11,015 nucleotides of DNA from Candidatus Methylomirabilota bacterium (lineage in GTDB: Bacteria > Methylomirabilota > Methylomirabilia > Rokubacteriales > CSP1-6), in assembly GCA_046726415.1 (NCBI GenBank), contig JBKPAK010000296.1:1-11015 (forward strand), written 5' to 3'. Positions 6,884 to 11,015 of the stretch are shown in pieces. The notes beneath the pieces are model-generated. The model made no database searches and was not told the origin of the DNA. It saw only the letters and a list, made by a program, of their open reading frames with translations. The position numbers and the translations under genes were made by a program. How positions within the stretch are numbered: position 1 is the stretch's first letter; every line of letters starts with the position of its first letter.

Positions 6884-8134
6884 CTAGAGTTGCGACTCGT
6901 TCGGGATGACGAAGATTTCGAGCAGCCGAGCCTTGATCCCGCGCGCCCTCCAGGCCTCATACGTTACGCGCCTCGCGTGCGCCAGGTCCTCGTCGAAGAC
7001 CTTCGCGAGCTGACCGGCCACCGCGGCATCGTAGACGACGAGGTTCAGTTCCTCGTTGACGGCGAACGACCGATTGTCGAAGTTCGTGCTCCCGATGGTC
7101 GCCCACGTGCCGTCCACGACCATCGTCTTCGCGTGCAGGAGCGCCGCCTGGTATTCAAAGATCTCGATCCCTCCCTGCAGCAGCCGGCCGAAGCCCCGCC
7201 GACTTGCGGAGCGGACGACGTTATGGTCGATCTTCCTCGGGGTGAGCGCGACCACCCGAACACCGCGCCGCACGGCGGCCAAAAGCGCCGCCTCCATGCG
7301 GTCGTCGGGAAGGAAGTAGGGATTCGTCAGGTAGATCGTGCGGCCGGCGGAGGCGATCGCCAGCAGGTGCAGGGTGTACATCGCGTAACTTCCCATCGCC
7401 GGCGAGCTGCGAATCACCTGAGCGCGCCGTTCGCCGCGGCTCGGCAGCGGGTTCGGGAAGTAGTCCGCTCCCCCGAGCATCTCGCCGGCGGCCTCTCGCC
7501 AGTTCTCGGCGAAAGCGCTCTGGAGCGATCGGACGACCGGGCCCTCGATCCGGACGTCCGTGTCGCGCCAGCGGCCGTCCATACGGCCGTCCCCCATCCA
7601 CTTCCAGCTCACTCCCGAGCCTCCGGTGATGCCGACCAGGCCGTCGGCGATCAGGATGCGGCGATGATTGCGGTTGTTGTGCGCTTGAGGCTGAAGCGGC
7701 CCAGCGGTCGGAAGGTCACGAGCCGACACCCGCCCGCCCTTATCGTCTCGGCGTACTCTTCCGGCATCGACAGCGTGCCAAAGCCATCGAGCAGGATGTT
7801 CGCCTTGACCCCGGCCCGACACTGGTTGGCCAGCGCTTCGGCGATCTCGCGGCCGTTCTCGCCCTCCGCGTAGAAGTACTCGGCGTACGTGATGCTCCTC
7901 CGGGCTGAACGAATGGCGGTCGAGCTTGGCCGGGAAGATCTGGTTGCCGTTCAAGAGAAGCTCGACGGCATTGCCACCGACGACCGGGCTTCCGGTGTGG
8001 GCCTCCATCGTCGACACGAACGTGGGGTCATCAGTCGTGAGTCGCGGCAACACAACGTTCTGCGACGGGCTCTGGCAGGAGACGGCCACCGCCGCCACCA
8101 CGCCAAGGACGGCCCGGGCTACCGTGGCCCGCAT
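6884..8134 (-). pseudogene. cls: Cardiolipin synthase (ClsB-like, phospholipase D family) with two compensating frameshifts
   Basis: GNAVELLLNGNQIFP, first HKD-like motif NHRRILIADG, NPYFLP, and second motif LHAKTMVVDG...GSTNFDNRSF. Between about 7919 and 7680 the family-like sequence (AIRSARRSITYAEYFY...IAEALANQCRAGVKANILLDGFG...VTFRP) is in another frame. Confidence 0.85.
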
Positions 8135-8349
8135 TAACCAGGCTTCCGCCGGGTTATCGGTCCGGACCCGGGTCGGCTGGATTCCTCGTCGCGAACGCGC
8201 GGCGGTATCGCGGCGGCGAATCGGTCTGGAAGCGAAGCCTGTGGGTCACGAGACGTCGAGCGGCCACGCCGCATGCACGTCATTGGAGCAGATACCGCCA
8301 GCTCATTGTCCGCGGTTGCGAGCGTCACGAAGAGGCGATAGGGCTGTCG

Positions 8350-8571
8350 ATGGCGATGCCGAGCGCCGGCGATCTCGCGATCTATGGCACCGACACCCCG
8401 GAAGGCCACGTCTCCTACATCGCCGAGTGTGGCGCACATGCCGGCCCCTCGCCGGAGGAGCTGCACACCTTCATCGTGTATCCCTGGCACGTGACTCTGC
8501 CGGAGCCAATCGCTCACCCCCTCCAGCTCTACGACCACTTCATCTCGTATCAGGCGCCTGGCTCAGCATGA
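8350..8571 (+). pseudogene. C-terminal fragment, probably alkaline phosphatase/nucleotide pyrophosphatase superfamily
   Basis: MPSAGDLAIYG...SYIAECGAHAGPSPEELHTFIV resembles the G-D-L...G-x-H-x-G...E-x-x-x-F C-terminal metal-binding segment. The N-terminal part is absent. Confidence 0.5.
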
Positions 8572-8863
8572 GGGTCCGCGCTCAGCGCCCGGTGCCGGAG
8601 CGTCTTGGGGCCGTCCCGGAGCCTCGCTCGTCCTCGATGTCGATCCGCCGACCTCGACAAGCCCGCCTCACTCGCTCCGATCCAATCACCCGCTTGCTTC
8701 TGCCCGTTCCTATCGGCACTCGCCCGAAATCGTGACGGCGTCCTCAAGGGCCTCGACGGTGATGTCTTCCTCCGTCAGGCAGAAGATCGGCGCGGAGGAC
8801 GAAGTCCGCCGTTTCGCGATCCTCTTGGGACGCGGCTATGGACTCCCCGCCTCGGGAGGTGTT

Positions 8864-9370
8864 CTAGGCCCGCTCGGCCACCGCCTGAGGGTGACGCTTG
8901 CGAAGGATGACCAGACAGCCAACGAGCACGGCCGTCATCACCGTCAGGAGCATCAGCTCGAGCAAGGCGTTGCGGAAGACCGCTTCGCCCTTCTCGAGTA
9001 GCTTCGCGAACTCGGCGGTGAGCACGAGGATGCGGCGGATGCCGGCGATCAGCGCGACGAGAATGAACGGCTCCGGCACCAGCACGTGCTCCCGGAAGGA
9101 GACCTGCACCGTGTAGAGCAGCTCGACGATGATGAGAACGAGTAGGATCTGATCGAGCAGGACGACGATCTGGGCAGCCAGCGTACCGTCGAGCAGGTGC
9201 TGCCAAAACGTCATGAGGGTACTCACGAGGAGGACCACCCCGCCCCCCGCCAGCATCAGCCCGAGACCCAGATAGACCCCGTCCTCGACCCTCGTGAACG
9301 CTTGGGCAATCCGCTCGCGCACGGGCGAGCTGGATTCACGAGAAGCCCTGGCCGTCTTGAGCTCGGGCAT
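8864..9370 (-). CDS. Phosphate-starvation-inducible PsiE-family membrane protein, 168 aa
   Basis: Four hydrophobic helices and LLVLIIVELLYTVQVSFREHVLVPEPFILVALIAGIRRILV, the PsiE-like pattern. ATG at 9370; alternative GTG at 9379. Confidence 0.85.
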   Translation of the reverse strand: MPELKTARASRESSSPVRERIAQAFTRVEDGVYLGLGLMLAGGGVVLLVSTLMTFWQHLLDGTLAAQIVVLLDQILLVLIIVELLYTVQVSFREHVLVPEPFILVALIAGIRRILVLTAEFAKLLEKGEAVFRNALLELMLLTVMTAVLVGCLVILRKRHPQAVAERA

Positions 9371-9568
9371 TGAGCTCACGGCGCCGTCGCGGCGGCGACG
9401 TGAGTCAGCAATGGCCGCTCAAACCGCGTCGTAAGACATGTCAAGGCTTCTTGGTGGCTGGCACGAGACCATTTTGCCCATCCCGTGCTGCCCGACCTGC
9501 ACTGTCGCGAATCCCGCAACCACGCGTCATCCGCGCGTTCCAGACCCCCGGCCGACCAGCCGACAACT

Positions 9569-9922
9569 TCAGTGCTTCGGCGAGATCTTCCCCGCGAAGG
9601 TCTGGGTCACGATTTTCCCATCCTTCACCACGAAGGTGTCCGTCCCGAGCTCATAGCGGTTGTCCGACGTCTCGGCCTTCCAGACGATGTAGGCCGTGTC
9701 GCCATCGATGTCCTGCCTCAACATCTCGAACGACATTCCCGGCTTCGAGAATTCCGAAAAAAGCCTCACGAAAAGCTCCCGGATGGCACCCGTCCCGCGC
9801 AACACGCCATTCGGGGTGAACAGCCTCGACGCGGCCGTGTAGTCCGCCATGATACCGTCCAGATCACCCTTCCCGAAGCAGTCAAGGTGGTGCGTCAACA
9901 CGTTTTGAGTCGTCGCTGACAT
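9569..9922 (-). CDS. SnoaL-like/NTF2-fold protein, 117 aa
   Basis: VLTHHLDCFGKGDLDGIMADY...LRGTGAIRELF...GTDTFVVKDGKIVTQTF is a typical NTF2/SnoaL pattern. ATG at 9922 has GGAGG upstream. Confidence 0.85.
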   Translation of the reverse strand: MSATTQNVLTHHLDCFGKGDLDGIMADYTAASRLFTPNGVLRGTGAIRELFVRLFSEFSKPGMSFEMLRQDIDGDTAYIVWKAETSDNRYELGTDTFVVKDGKIVTQTFAGKISPKH

Positions 9923-9931
9923 TGCCTCATT

Positions 9932-9936
9932 CCTCC
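9932..9936 (-). promoter_or_regulatory. Shine-Dalgarno GGAGG for the SnoaL-like gene
   Basis: The minus strand reads cacgGGAGGaatgaggcaATG, a 9-nt spacer. Confidence 0.6.
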
Positions 9937-10342
9937 CGTGCCTGGAGTGCTGCCAATCTCGGTGGGCCGGGCTCCCTCGCCCGGACCGCTCGGACGCTCT
10001 TTGCTCCGAGAATACTCTGGGGAGCTGTGGGCTACCAGCCGCTTGCCGGCCCCTGCCGAGCCACATCTGGCTGCATGCGCCCATCGTCGAAGCCCAGGAG
10101 CAGTCACCGCGCTGTACGTCGCCGGACGTCGGCCGCGCCGCGCCGAGTCCGCTGGCTCAAGCGAAAGCTGGCGAGAGACGCGGCGAGGCTGGGCCGCTCC
10201 AGCGGCGGTCACATCGCCGAACTGCTCGGCATGCGCCCGCGCAATGCGCGCTACAACGCGATTCGTTGCCCGCGAGCCCGAACGTCGCGGCGACGGGGGC
10301 GCGCCGCGCGCCGGGCGGTAGGAGAACGGAAGGACGATGGCC

Positions 10343-10348
10343 TAAGAT
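10343..10348 (+). promoter_or_regulatory. Putative -10 element (TAAGAT) of a leaderless ligase transcript
   Basis: A TANNNT hexamer 6 nt before the GTG start at 10355, with no SD next to the start. Confidence 0.5.
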
Positions 10349-10354
10349 TGGGCC

Positions 10355-11015
<661 letters not shown>

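Noticed and set aside
6839..7873. 344-aa plus-strand ORF
   Set aside because: Antisense shadow of cls.
8568..8790. Possible endonuclease/exonuclease/phosphatase remnant (ATGA overlap at 8568; VLKGLDGDVFLRQ)
   Set aside because: The similarity is too short and degraded to support without a search.
9436..9444. TTGACA on the minus strand and a GACATGTC palindrome upstream of the psiE-like gene
   Set aside because: No -10 hexamer at 16-18 nt spacing, and it does not match FNR/CRP or PHO-box patterns.
9569..9922. SnoaL/NTF2 protein as a ketosteroid isomerase or sterol carrier of the cluster
   Set aside because: It is over 6 kb away beyond unrelated genes, the fold is very common, and catalytic residues cannot be assigned by eye.
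10140..10270. HIAELLGM segment resembling a sigma/HTH remnant
   Set aside because: Only a few residues match and the surrounding frame is not protein-like.

Overview
GC-rich bacterial DNA in three parts. (1) 1-3353 is a sterol biosynthesis cluster: the 3' part of a CYP51-like P450 (sterol 14-alpha-demethylase), an intact 649-aa 2,3-oxidosqualene cyclase with the DCTAE motif (not the DXDD of hopanoid cyclases), a coupled 41-aa ORF, and a convergent ERG2/sigma-1-receptor-family C-8 sterol isomerase with no N-terminal membrane anchor. (2) About 3358-8760 is largely decayed. A frameshifted IS91/ISCR-type HUH transposase remnant abuts the erg2 start. After it comes a chain of fused minus-strand gene fragments (flavin disulfide oxidoreductase, DyP peroxidase, IS5-like transposase, lipoprotein, GH13), one intact membrane-protein gene, a cardiolipin synthase with two compensating frameshifts, and a phosphatase-like fragment. 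(3) 8864-11015 holds intact PsiE-like and SnoaL/NTF2 genes and the 5' part of a probably leaderless LigC-type ATP-dependent DNA ligase that the ORF track missed. All family assignments come from motif recognition by eye; no database search was run.
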